Below, one piece after another: positions 51,087 through 62,363 of a DNA stretch of 64,000 nt (positions within the stretch are counted from its first letter, which is position 1; every line of letters begins with the position of its first letter). Both the position numbers and the translations under genes were made by a program. This DNA comes from Myxococcota bacterium. GTDB lineage: Bacteria > Myxococcota > XYA12-FULL-58-9 > JABJBS01. Where the stretch lies: the NCBI GenBank assembly GCA_036339465.1, contig JAYZAY010000021.1, positions 1-64,000 on the forward strand, in the 5' to 3' direction. Under the pieces are notes generated by a model. That model did no database searches and was not told the DNA's origin. It saw only the letters and a program-made list of their open reading frames with translations.

Positions 51087-51809
51087 TTACGCTGCATCGG
51101 CGTCTGCATTCACAACCACTTCTGAATCGTCAGTCGATGGAGTTTCCGAAGCACTACTCGAAGGTACAACTGAATCGTCAGTCGATGGAGTTTCCGAAGC
51201 ACTACTCGAAGGTGCAACTGAATCGTCAGTCGATGGAGTTTCCGAAGCACTACTCGAAGGTGCAACTGGCATCGGCTCCCTAGCGATAAATTCTTCGGTA
51301 ACCGACTTGAGGTCTGCAAGCGCCTCCAGCACCGCTTTCAAGGTTGATTTTTCAATCCTTTTACCCACGAATGGTACGTTCACTTCAATCGTAAAATCTG
51401 TCCGATACTCTATCTTGGGAATCGCATCGACCACTCGACTTACAGTCACTCGGTTTTCAATACGGCTCCGACCTGCCAAAGGACCAGCTACGGGTTCACT
51501 GGTGGAAATCCCTGCTCCAAGGCGACCCGGCGCAGCGCGGGTGTAGCGAAAGACTTCCCTCATCTTGAAGGCATCAGCCCCAAACACAGTCACCGCTAAA
51601 CGTGGTATCTTGTCTAAGGGTGGGGTCACAATTGCTTCATACTCATACCCATCGACATTGTATTCTTCGCGGATCATTTCTGCCTTGATTCCCAAATGCT
51701 CCCGCGCTACCCGGTAGTATTCGGGGTTGACTGTCACCCTTTCTTCAAACGTTGAAACGGGAGTAGAGCTGGGGACGGAAAATTGATTCACTTTGGTTTC
51801 TTTCATCAA
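51087..51809 (-). CDS. DUF2505/START-like protein with Ser/Thr-rich repeat tail
   Basis: IEVNVPFVGKRIEK motif; tail of three VAPSSSASETPSTDDS units. Confidence 0.7.
   Translation of the reverse strand: MMKETKVNQFSVPSSTPVSTFEERVTVNPEYYRVAREHLGIKAEMIREEYNVDGYEYEAIVTPPLDKIPRLAVTVFGADAFKMREVFRYTRAAPGRLGAGISTSEPVAGPLAGRSRIENRVTVSRVVDAIPKIEYRTDFTIEVNVPFVGKRIEKSTLKAVLEALADLKSVTEEFIAREPMPVAPSSSASETPSTDDSVAPSSSASETPSTDDSVVPSSSASETPSTDDSEVVVNADADAA
51122..51268. repeat. Three 48-bp tandem coding repeats
   Basis: Copies start at 51122, 51170 and 51218 with one mismatch. Confidence 0.97.
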
Positions 51810-52180
51810 AAATTACCTATAGTTGGTTGGCAGGTAACTGGTATTATCGCTTCCAACGCCTAGACGTTGCTCAAAACTAGAGCGACCCAGCTTTAAAAAT
51901 AACGTTGTTTTAAGAGGGGGGGGGACTGGGGTCTAGAATGCCTACAAGACACATACAACATTAGAATAGACTCCCCCTAGGAAGCATCCATCCTTAGCCA
52001 CTGACAAGGATCGAATTGAATATCAAATCAGGATGTCAAAACCTTTGGGCGTCTCAAAAAGCGCCTCGCGATCGAACATGCAAAGCCCACACTAAGAAAA
52101 CAAAGCCGCCGAAAAAAACCATCCCCACCTGTGAGCGCGACGGGAAAAGTAACAATGGCTTCTCACTCAAAGCTTAAAAT

Positions 52181-52292
52181 AAACGCTCGATTATTACCGT
52201 TGCACCAAAAGAAACGACCGTTTATTACCGGTGCACGAACAAAAACCGTCGATTATTATCGGAAGACTCCGGAAAACCATCGTTTATGATGA
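52181..52292. repeat. Four degenerate direct repeats at exact 31-bp period upstream of the fic remnant
   Basis: AAACnnYCGWTTATKAY units start at 52181, 52212, 52243 and 52274. Confidence 0.85.
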
Positions 52293-52305
52293 GAAAGGAG
52301 CCCAC

Positions 52306-52535
52306 ATGACCCGCGTTACCGGCGAATATGAGAGCTCCACCCTCGCTGGTGAATCTGTCCAGGCCCTCATCCCATACCCACTTCCCCAAAAAAACCTGCC
52401 CTTAGAGCTCCACTCGAAACTCAAGGCACTTCTCACCGCGGCGAAGACAAACTCCGCCTCCTAGACCTGGCCGGAGACATGGTACCTTCCATGGATTGGT
52501 TTGTTTACGTTTTTGTCCGAAAAGAAGCGCTGGGA
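52306..52535 (+). pseudogene. Fic family protein, N-terminal remnant
   Basis: AAAGGAG RBS; MTRVTGEY...ALIPYPLP, then a frameshift into LDLAGDMVPSMDWFVYVFVRKEA; the rest is deleted. Confidence 0.75.
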
Positions 52536-52682
52536 ATATGGAGGTGGAAAAAGTAGCTCGATCTGAACCGCCTTCCCATCTTTCGGATATCGCACATGCC
52601 TCTCTTGGGGAGCTTGAGGCAGGTAAGGCGGGGAACGATGCTACCGAGAAAGTCGAATCGATGCCGGAAAAACGGAAAGCAC

Positions 52683-53246
52683 ATGGCTAAACATACGTTC
52701 AAAATATGACGAGGCGATAACAAAGGCCGGCAATTCGAAACCTACGAAGTAATTACGCTCCAGCCGCTCAAATCTTTTCCGGTCATTCGCGATCTGGTGA
52801 CCGACGTCTCGTGGAATTATGGGCAAAACAAGAAACCTGCTCCGTTTAAGCCAAAGTCTTCTCGGCCCGATGGCAAGCCGCGCATGTATCAAGCCGACGT
52901 AGACAGGGCTCAGGAGGATCGGAAATCCATTGAATGCTTTTTGTGCCAGGATGTCTGTCACGTATTGAGAGACCGCGACAGCAAAGAAAAATTCGTGGGA
53001 CCTCGATTTATGCTTCGCCTGGCGGCTTTAGATATGCATCCTCTCGATGACGATGACCACATTCCTGCCATAAAAGAAGAGTTTGGTTCGGGAATGTGCA
53101 ATATTACCCGTTGTTGCACTGAGGTATGTCCATAAAATATAAATATCACAGACAACGGTATCATTCCACTTAAGGAACGTGTGGTGGACCGATATGACGA
53201 ACCGATTATTAAAATAGGACGCGCGATTTTTGGGCCTACATCTTAG
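52683..53246 (+). pseudogene. sdhB: Succinate dehydrogenase/fumarate reductase iron-sulfur subunit, decayed
   Basis: MAKHTFKI*RGD, in-frame loss of the 2Fe-2S domain, PLKSFPVIRDLVTD, IECFLCQDVC, CNITRCCTEVCP*, IIPLKERVVD. About 150 bp upstream may be the 3' end of sdhA. Confidence 0.9.
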
Positions 53247-53274
53247 AAAACAAGCATAAAAGAGAGGAAATATT

Positions 53275-53778
53275 ATGACCACCGAAACCTTTGAATTGAA
53301 GAAAATCTCCCACGATGGAATTGAGCATGCTCTAGAGAAGTCTAGGCACTACCGACTTTTGAACGAACCAGAACAAGCAGAAAGCCTTTGTTTGGACATC
53401 CTGGAGATAGAACCAAACAACCAAGCAGCACTGGTAATCGTTGTTTTGGCGCTTACTGACCAATTTGCAAATGATGGCGCAAGTCGAACAATTCGAAGAG
53501 CCAACGAATACATAGCCAAACTTTCAAATGAATACCATAAACTCTATTATGCTGGTATTGTTTATGAACGGGAGGGGAGAGCCACACTGAGGCGCCACAT
53601 GGCACATGCCGAGGCTTATGCATGCTTCCGAGATGCCATGCATTGTTACGAAAAAGCCAACGAGATTAAGCCCGAACATAACGACGATGCCATTCAACGC
53701 TGGAACAGCTGTGCCCGAACCATTATGAAAGAAAATCTCTGTGCTCCCAAGCAAGAAGAAGAGTCTTTCCTAGAATAG
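53275..53778 (+). CDS. Conserved TPR-like hypothetical protein
   Basis: YRLLNEPEQAESLCLDIL...ALTDQF...YYAGIVYER; GAGG RBS. I recall this family downstream of such sdhB genes. Confidence 0.85.
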   Translation: MTTETFELKKISHDGIEHALEKSRHYRLLNEPEQAESLCLDILEIEPNNQAALVIVVLALTDQFANDGASRTIRRANEYIAKLSNEYHKLYYAGIVYEREGRATLRRHMAHAEAYACFRDAMHCYEKANEIKPEHNDDAIQRWNSCARTIMKENLCAPKQEEESFLE

Positions 53779-54309
53779 ACCCTTGGGCATAATCACTCAC
53801 AACATCCTGGGGATATAGGGATGTGGGAATGTAAGAAGCCAAAGACGGCATCCGTTCCCGTCTTTTTAAAACTCAGAGCCTATGTTAAAACCCATGTAAA
53901 GCGCATCGGTGTCACCGAAATATTGCCCTGTTCCCACCACCAACAACTTCGGTTCCTGCGAATGTGTCAACCATCAGGATTGCACACCCAACAACCTATG
54001 TTCATCCGACTCTTCTAATTTATCTCAGGAACTCACGATTCGCCCGCCACTCACCCTTTACTTCAGCGACACCACCACCCACGATTGTCTCTGCAATCTG
54101 GATAGTCATACCTGTTTCACTGTCCCCTTCATTGGCCGTGATGGTCCCGAAGGTTGTAGCCTTGAGTCTATAAGCCAAACGCAAGCAAGGCGGCATCCAA
54201 ATCACCTAATGGCGTGTGTGATAAAGAGTCGGGTCTCACATAACAAGGTTTGGTCGATGCCGTAGAAATCGCCTAGACATCGCCACCTCGGTACAAGCGC
54301 AGCACCCGC

Positions 54310-54771
54310 CTAAGAGGAAATGCCTTCGCCGTATTTGTAGTCGGGATATCGAGCTGTGGATTGAGTATCTGCCTCACGCATCATTACTCCCACTAGGTGA
54401 CCTCGACTGATTAACCCTACCAGCTCATCATTTTCAACCACCGGAAGCCCTCGGTAGTAATGGGTCAAGAATCGACTGGTCAGCATACTAAGATCCATAT
54501 CCGCATCTACGGTCACCACTTCAGTGGTCATAAAATCACTCACCTTACCGCCAGTCGCATTCCCCATTTGGAAAAGCCATCCAGAAAGCACCTTAAAACA
54601 ATCCTTTTCGGAAAAAACACCAATAAGACGGTTGTGCTCAACCACCGGCGCCCCCATGAGCCCGTTATCGACAATCAACCGCATGGCCTCATAAACATCC
54701 GTATCAGCTCGTAAGGATATAAACTTTTTATCCATAACATCTCGTACCCGCATTTCATGAAAAGCCTTCAT
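54310..54771 (-). CDS. CBS domain pair protein
   Basis: VRDVM...GAPVV..LIGVFSEKD; VSDFMT...GLPVVE..LVGLISR. Confidence 0.92.
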   Translation of the reverse strand: MKAFHEMRVRDVMDKKFISLRADTDVYEAMRLIVDNGLMGAPVVEHNRLIGVFSEKDCFKVLSGWLFQMGNATGGKVSDFMTTEVVTVDADMDLSMLTSRFLTHYYRGLPVVENDELVGLISRGHLVGVMMREADTQSTARYPDYKYGEGISS

Positions 54772-55399
54772 TATCTCCCCCCAAATTCAAGCTAAAAATG
54801 TCCCACTTTTACTAACTATAGCACAAATACCAATCTCTTTCCCATGGCATCAGTCCCGATGGTTATTTCATCCCGTATTCTGGGAAAAATCGAGAAAAAA
54901 TTGATATTCCACAGACTGAGCCCCTTCCGCAAGCTCTTTATCCACCAAAAATAGGTTGAAAACTCACGAAGCAGCGGGCCACAGCCACCACGGTTCTTGG
55001 CCACCAAGCCAAAAAGCTGCCAACCCGATGATTCGAAACCCAGCCACAATCGACTTTCTGTTCTTGGGGATCCCAAGGGGCGTTACGCGTCGATGAAAAT
55101 AAACTTTGTGATTATGCCAAACTCGTCACCTACCTCCAAGACCGGCAAGCTTCCCAATAAGCCTTTTCACGCTCCACCCCATCTCAATTCCTTTGAATCG
55201 CTAAAAGGCTTCCCCTGCCCGGAAAACGGAATCGCGGGTCCCGTAGCTCCGACAAAGAAACATACCACACCGTATTCAGTTATCACGCCCAACTCGATTT
55301 CACTTCCATACAATCGCCCTGAAAATAATTACCCCAAAGCTCCAAGGATTTAGTCACCCCCAGAGGGCGATGGCCCGAATTATCTTTGTCCGCCTAAAT

Positions 55400-58300
55400 C
55401 CTCCCAAAATCGGGAACTTCATTACCCCACCGCAAAAAAGAGCGGAAATTCCCGTCGCCATTTGCAAATTGCATCTTCACGGCTCCTTCGAATCGCGTCC
55501 TTCAAGGTCTGCATAATGTGCATCAAGGCGTTCATGTGCCCCCGCAATACGACAAACAGTTTTTGAATCAGGTTCGCTGCGCCCGTAGCCTAGGTTTTCG
55601 TAGCGCTGCACATTCCCATAAGATATCATCTCCGATAAATTTATCGATGATTCCGCCGCACTCAGAAATAATCTCGTTTATCATGAAAAGATAATCGTTT
55701 AGAAGGTTTGCCCTCGTTTTCGCCCCAATACCCCCTGGAAGCGCCGTAAAACCCTGCCTATCTGCGAATAAAACAGTAAAATCCTCCTCTTTCTCTGATT
55801 CACCAAGAGAGACCTTACCGTAAGCGGTCTCAGAAACGACATCCGGTGCCATATGGAGACTCAAAACGTTCTTGGTGATACAGCTCTTCATGGATTGTGT
55901 GTCCTTCTGGGAATACCTAAGCTTACTCGCTTCCTCTTTCAAGCCAACAGTAAGTCGCTTCAGCGTGCCAAGCGCTTCTTGGTCCTCCGAGTAATCGTGA
56001 TGCTCATCGAGGTAGGCACTGAGTTCACCACCATCATCGACCAACTTCGAACGATTCATATGGGCTGCAAAGTTATTTCTGTCATTCCTCACCGGAGAAA
56101 AATAACTGACTCAAAACGAGTTCCATTTGTCAAAAACAAACCGACCAAAAAAGGCAGTAACAGGGTCTTATTTCGAGACAATATATTCTAAATATTGTCC
56201 CCTCAACAATTCATCCGAGGCTCCAAATAAGGAAATTCCGGAATCATTGACACGACAAATATCCAATTCTTTATTGGGCACGAAGACAGCACCCATCAAA
56301 GAAGTCGGCAATGAGTTTAAAAACGTATTCTCAGAATTCAGTATTGAGAGGTCATCGCCTATCCTAGCCCTTGCCCTACTCGCCAGCCTCACCATGGACT
56401 CTTTACTGGCGCGGGTACCCAAAACATAACCCCATTCAAAAAAGTTCGAATTTGCCATCATATTAACAATGGCCATCCAAAGCGTTGCGAATCTACCGTC
56501 TGACATCATAAAACAAACATGAACACCATCGACCGGAGCTTGACCAGTAACCATTTCGAGACCCAATTGACGAACAAAACCCAATTCACCAATAAAGCCA
56601 TAGACATTATCTCCAATTAAGGAAAAGGATTCGACAGCGAATGCAACAATTCCGGACAACCATCCACAACAAGAACGTCAACCACGGGTCGCGGGTCTGG
56701 GAAGAAATTAAAATCAACCCAAAAGACACTCTCTGTGTCCTCCGGGTCACACACAACACCAACCTCACCCAACATTTCCTCCACCAGCGAATTCACCAAG
56801 GCCAATCCGAGCCCCGTTCCGGCGTGTTTCCGCGTTGCCGAAGATCCGTTCTCACAAAAAATATGAAAGAGTTGGTATTCAACTTTCTTGGGGATGCCGC
56901 GGCCGGTGTCGCGAACAAAGAGGCGTATGCGATCGGCATGATTCGCTAAACACAACTCAATTCCCCCCACCCTCCGGGGTATATTTAAAAGCATTGGCGA
57001 GATAATTGAAAACCACCTTCTCTAGGGAATCAAGTTCACCCATGAACCATATGGGCATTGAGGCGTTGCTAAGCTCACCACCATCAAGGGTTGCGGAGAA
57101 AAAGATATTTTTCGAAACACAGAAAGCGCGAAAATAGTCACCACAGATCCCCACAAAACGACCCAAATCCACGCGGAGAGGCTCCATCCGTTTTTTAGCT
57201 GCTTTCAGGTTCTCGAAATCAAGAAGTTGATTCGCCAATCGTAGCAAGAGAAGGCAATACTTGGTCGCCATTTGGAGGTTACCAGAATCGGGATCCTTTC
57301 GAATGGTTTCTTCCAAAGCAGTTAATCTCAACATAAGAGGCCTTCGAAGCTCATGGGACATGTTGTGAAAAAAGGTTTTTTTCGCGGTCCAACAACTTAA
57401 GCGCAATAGCGCGGTTTTCTGGTTCCTGCTCTAAAGAGGCTACATCGTCTTTTGATTACATGGCCTCCTTCGCCACCTGTTCTGTTAAAGCTCGGTGTCG
57501 TTGAGTTTCCTCGTTGACACCATAGGCCTCCGAAATTGATTTATGGATTTCCAGATCCTAAACGCTTGGTTCCGTAGACCGCGCCCTAGAAACACACGCT
57601 TTTTCTTGTGAGCCGAGCGCCATGACCTCTGGGCAAAATGCGAAAGTCTTCTGCATTTTCGACAGGTTTTCGGGGCATGTTCAAATCCGAGAGAACAGTA
57701 ATCTTTCGTCCTGTCTCATCTTCATGGGCCTCACACGAGGAGAACGTGATACTCACCTTATAAATGAGCTCATTTCCATCTGCTCTCACAAGGAAAACCT
57801 TGCCTGGCTTCTGAGGTGCTCGTAGGAGCTGAGAACCAAAACATGATGAATGTCTGTTTTTCCCCACAATCGTATAAATACTCTTTCCATTCAGAGCATC
57901 GGATGGATAACCGAGATCGTTGTAGAGTGGATCTTTGCCATAAACATTCTCCTAATTCGCATCCAACAGCATCACGGGCATTGGCAACTTATTCAAAGCT
58001 GTCCAGGCGTCACCGAGAGCCTGGTCTGGATGCGCTGTCTGAACCTTGCTCATATTCAGCCTCGTTGCGAATCTGAGCCCATCGTCCAATAAATTGAAGG
58101 GTCGAGGTAAAGTCCCGAACCATGCCCCGGGCTTACCATAACCAGAGATAGCAAAAATGTCCTATTGCCACCTCCAAACCGAGCGAAAAGAGAGTGGTAA
58201 AAAAAGCCCCACCACAACTCATCCAATTTTTTAGGAGTCTGTGAAGTTGTGGAATATAAGTGCAATACACGCCTGAAACGGGCTCCAGGCTCCCTAGGAC

Positions 58301-58408
58301 GCTGCAGCCTGCCTGGCTTCGCAAAAACGCAATACCCCAAGGCCCGATACCCAACAAGGACACTCTTCCCCTTGAATATATCCCGCCCACACCCAAAGAG
58401 GTTTCCAC
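55400..58408 (-). pseudogene. Fragmented membrane sensor histidine kinase fused to or beside a class III nucleotide cyclase
   Basis: Collinear fragments: TM remnants (~57.8-58.4 kb), SHELRRPL..NAFKYTPEGG, DTGRG..GTGLGL, TVLFADRQGFT..GGIIDKFIGD; many frameshifts; boundaries approximate. Confidence 0.8.
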
Positions 58409-58463
58409 CTAAACAACGCCTCTACCTAATCGCCACTTTGACCCTCGTTACAAGTATGTCGCT

Positions 58464-61400
58464 TTAAAGATGAGACTGCTCCCTCGTTGCTCCAGAGCTC
58501 ATAGAGTCCCCGTGGAAACACATCCTCAGTTCTTCCTCCAATCTTTGATAGTTCCGCAGCCTTTCATTGGTGGGGATTAGGTCGAGTTGACCGGCCAAGT
58601 CCTTCAGCTTGAGCCAATTGGCCATGAAACCAGCATCGCAATTTCCATCCTTTTTCAAATCCAACCGACACCGAACCGCTCGAAGACAAATCTCCACTTT
58701 GAGAAAGGTATGATTCGCAAGCAATTCACCTGCTTTCCCAAGGAGTTCTTCGGCTTCCACCTGCCAATCCTGGTCAAGGCAATAAGCAGAAAATCGAGCT
58801 AGATCATAAGCGAGATATTCACGGTCATTCACATCACGATGCAGGTTTATGGCTGTATGAAAGGCTTCACGCACCCGAGGGGCAGGGCGATTTAAGACCC
58901 CCATGGTGGTGGCTCGATACCCAATAGCAACCCCCTGCCAACGACGGTCGCCTATTTGTGTAAAACGCTCAAACGATGCTTCGTAACAATCAAGTGCCTC
59001 CTCGAAATATTGTGACTCAAAATGGATATTACCCAAAACCCCTAAACAATGACCTTCGGTGTCAAGTTGTCTAAATACACGACAAAGATCTAGTGCCCGG
59101 TAGATGAGTTCACGCGCTTGCGAATAGTTCCCAAGCTCTGCTTGAAGATAACCTTGATTGCATAAAGCCAATGATTTGAAGTGGTTTGCATTTGCGTCAA
59201 CTTCAATTTTTGTCACAGCCTCATACTTTTGCAGCGCTTCTTGAATATCACCCTGTTGTTGGACGAAAATTCCTTGTCGATAAAGGAGCTCGATCTGAAG
59301 TGATGGTGTTTTAGCAATGGAAAACGATTGAAGTCGGTCGAGGATCACTCTTCGCTTTTCAAATTGACCATCAATGGCCCGAAGCTTATCCTCCTTAAGT
59401 AAAATCTCACAATAGCGTTCTTGGTTATCGGCGAGACTGTTTCGGCCGTCATGGTTTTGAAGATAGGTTACCCACTCTAAACCTTCTTTGGACTGATGAT
59501 TGTTTACACATTCGTCCAAGGCCTTTTCCGCCCACGGCCTGGCTCGGTTCCAGTCTTTTGCATCTCGCCAATGACGAGCAACATTTTGGGCATGGGATGC
59601 AATAGAAATGATCGGTTCTCGCTCCAGCTCTTCTGCAAAAAGTCTGTGAAGAACCTGGCGATTGTGCTGTAACATGGAGTGGTAGGAAACTTCTCGAACT
59701 AAGGGATGGCTAAACTGATAGACACTTCCAAGTGGAGTTTCTTTTCGTTCACAGATTTGTAGCTCAAGGAGATGTGGCAGCAAGTCTCGATAATGCGATT
59801 TAGAAGAGATCGCGGCGATTAAACAAAACTCGGCCAATGAAAATCTGTCTCCTAAAACAGAGGCAAGTTTAATGGTTTCCCTCACGGCATTGGGAAAACC
59901 ATCAATTCGGGCAAGGATGAGCTCTCGGAGACTTTGGGGTATCCCCAATTCAGTGTCAGACACTTCACAATGCCTAAAGGGACTATCTGAAAACAGTTCT
60001 TCCAAAAGTCGTGAAAACTCTTCTAAATAAAGAGGGAACCCACGGGAACGGTCGATAATAAGTTGTCTACCCGCATCACTAATGGGAATCGAGGACGTCG
60101 TATTTTTTTCTAATAACACATCCAACACATGGAAAGAGTCACCTTGTGAAAGTGGTTCAAGATGAAGGATAAAATTATCAATCGCATTTAGGGATGCCGT
60201 TTTAATGAAACCACGACTCCGGTTGGGTTCTTCCGACGTCGCTAGAAGGAGTAGGGGTTGATCATGTGGCCAGTTTCTAATCACATAGGCCAGAGTATCA
60301 AAAGATGCCGAATCAACATGTTCAAGGGATTCGATCACCAAAAGGAAAAAGCCATTAATCGCCGCCACGCTGAGACAGGCATGGTAGATAGCAAGTGTAT
60401 ATTCACGCCGCCGTATCTCAGGGCTCATGTTATCCACTCGAGGGTGGACTTCACCGAAGATGAGTGCACGTAAAACTTCTTCAGAGTTTCTTAGTTTTCT
60501 TGCTAAAGACGGCGAATCCAGTTGGCCGAGGAGGTGATTGAGCAAAGACGAGTTTATACGAGCGCCCTTCAACCAAGATTCCAGAAATTCACCGAAGATG
60601 CCCGACCATAGATTGAATGGTCGCTTCGCAAATTGGGCCGGTTTTCCCCTGAGCGCAATTCCGGAAGGAGGAACGCACCGAGTTAGGAATTGATTAACTA
60701 AACTCCGCTTACCGATTCCCGCCCCGCCATTAATTTCGATAAAAATTGAGGGTATCTGACGTTCAACAACTGTTTGCTGCCATTTTTCGGTCAGAGCAAC
60801 CAGCTCGTCGCACCGCCCAACAAAGGGCATTTTCTCTTTTACCGAAACATTGGAATCCATCCTTTCGATATTTTTGGAACACGCCAGTAATTCAAAACAA
60901 ACTACAGATTCCTTTTTACCTCGGAGTTTTTGATTTCCCCGTTTCCGCCATTCAAAGCCAACTTGAACCACATCCACAACGCTTGCCGTGGTAAAGATTT
61001 GCCCAAAAGCCGCAAGTTGATACAACCGAGACGCGGTATTGACCACATCCCCCAAGGCTGTGATGTGTCCTAGGGGATCAGGGGCAACCGTGACCGGACC
61101 GTAATTAATACCCGCCCGAACCCTTAACGACCCTGGGGATATTTCCAAAAATCGCTCCACGGTGGAGATAGCCTCCACAATTTCAAGGGTGGATAGAAGG
61201 GCGCGCTCTACATCAGACAAAGTCGTTTGTGAGACACCAAATAAAGCCATGATTGTGCATTTTTCGACCTTGTCGACATAGCCTCCTAACGCCTCAATAA
61301 TATTACATAAAAGAGTCTGAAGCTGATGTTCAAGTTCGCTCTTGAAGTAAGGCGACTTTTGTTGGGCTGCCCATTCAAGCTCTTCTAGCTCGACGAAAAT

Positions 61401-62198
61401 CGCCACCACGTTTCGCCTCTCGCCTTCAATAAGCACGGGTCGTTTTGTGGTGTTGAGCCTAAGGATTTCGCCTAGGCTCCAACAATCTGATTCGAGATGC
61501 GTGCTCTGGGATTGATTTTCTTCGGCCTGGGCCATGAGCGGCTCTGCGAAAAACCCACTCTCGGCGGATTCAGTCCATCTGAAGTCGAGTTTCGTTTCCG
61601 CACGTAGTCTCGCGGAAACGTGCACACGCCCTGGGGCCCCCTTTTCCTGTAAACACCTGGCATTGAAAAGAGCCGTACCTTCGAATGACCTTTCCCCTTC
61701 ACCAGATCGGATCACTTGGATCTTTCCAACATCAATCCCCACCCGAGCCTCAAGACGGATATTCGCTTTTGAGAGGAGTTGGTTCATTTCTTCGAGGTTG
61801 CGTTGTGTTTCAATCCCCGCCCGGATAGCCGCTTGGCCGGTGGATGAAGTGGAAGACTTGGGAGAGAAAAAAGCAATGAGTAAATCGCCCTCAAAGCGCT
61901 CGACCCATCCTCCGAACCGCTGGATTGTGCGTGTCAGAGTGCTCATCACCTGATAGATGATTCGCGTTAGATATTCATGGTCCAATTCCTCTGACAGAGA
62001 GGTAAAACCTCGAAAATCTAGACATAAAACAGCCCCAGGCGCTAAATGACACGAATCGTCGCCTTCTCTAAGATTCGCCGATTCCCAAAGATGCTCAATG
62101 GTTTTGATGCACTCTTTGACATGTCGGATGGTAGAGGGATGTGTAAACGTATTTGATTGGGTCAATACCATATCTTTGTGTGCAACGATTCTAGTCAT
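58464..62198 (-). CDS. Adenylate cyclase with tandem class III domains, STAND-type NTPase and TPRs
   Basis: LDFRGFT..FEGD; VDK..GINYG..TALGDVVNTASR; PFVGR..GGAGIGK; YQFSHPLVREVSY; C-terminal TPRs. Confidence 0.92.
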   Translation of the reverse strand: MTRIVAHKDMVLTQSNTFTHPSTIRHVKECIKTIEHLWESANLREGDDSCHLAPGAVLCLDFRGFTSLSEELDHEYLTRIIYQVMSTLTRTIQRFGGWVERFEGDLLIAFFSPKSSTSSTGQAAIRAGIETQRNLEEMNQLLSKANIRLEARVGIDVGKIQVIRSGEGERSFEGTALFNARCLQEKGAPGRVHVSARLRAETKLDFRWTESAESGFFAEPLMAQAEENQSQSTHLESDCWSLGEILRLNTTKRPVLIEGERRNVVAIFVELEELEWAAQQKSPYFKSELEHQLQTLLCNIIEALGGYVDKVEKCTIMALFGVSQTTLSDVERALLSTLEIVEAISTVERFLEISPGSLRVRAGINYGPVTVAPDPLGHITALGDVVNTASRLYQLAAFGQIFTTASVVDVVQVGFEWRKRGNQKLRGKKESVVCFELLACSKNIERMDSNVSVKEKMPFVGRCDELVALTEKWQQTVVERQIPSIFIEINGGAGIGKRSLVNQFLTRCVPPSGIALRGKPAQFAKRPFNLWSGIFGEFLESWLKGARINSSLLNHLLGQLDSPSLARKLRNSEEVLRALIFGEVHPRVDNMSPEIRRREYTLAIYHACLSVAAINGFFLLVIESLEHVDSASFDTLAYVIRNWPHDQPLLLLATSEEPNRSRGFIKTASLNAIDNFILHLEPLSQGDSFHVLDVLLEKNTTSSIPISDAGRQLIIDRSRGFPLYLEEFSRLLEELFSDSPFRHCEVSDTELGIPQSLRELILARIDGFPNAVRETIKLASVLGDRFSLAEFCLIAAISSKSHYRDLLPHLLELQICERKETPLGSVYQFSHPLVREVSYHSMLQHNRQVLHRLFAEELEREPIISIASHAQNVARHWRDAKDWNRARPWAEKALDECVNNHQSKEGLEWVTYLQNHDGRNSLADNQERYCEILLKEDKLRAIDGQFEKRRVILDRLQSFSIAKTPSLQIELLYRQGIFVQQQGDIQEALQKYEAVTKIEVDANANHFKSLALCNQGYLQAELGNYSQARELIYRALDLCRVFRQLDTEGHCLGVLGNIHFESQYFEEALDCYEASFERFTQIGDRRWQGVAIGYRATTMGVLNRPAPRVREAFHTAINLHRDVNDREYLAYDLARFSAYCLDQDWQVEAEELLGKAGELLANHTFLKVEICLRAVRCRLDLKKDGNCDAGFMANWLKLKDLAGQLDLIPTNERLRNYQRLEEELRMCFHGDSMSSGATREQSHL

Positions 62199-62363
62199 GG
62201 AATGAAATAAATTTGGTAAATCTTATTGAATATTGAAGGTTTTCCATAAGTAACTAAAGTATTTACGGTGAGTAAGATCACATCGCAATCCTGAGAATTT
62301 GTTTTGTGTAAAAGCATTGAGATATACACTGATTTCGAATCCTCCCCAAATTAGGACGGTCAT

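Noticed and set aside
52181..52292. Mini-CRISPR
   Set aside because: A 31-bp period is too short for repeat plus spacer, and the units are degenerate.
52707..52709. TGA-to-Trp recoding in sdhB
   Set aside because: TGA ends many intact genes here, and the same gene also has a TAA and a deletion.
53880..54265. Cys-rich ORF
   Set aside because: No RBS or signal peptide; likely a fragment, so not supportable as a gene.
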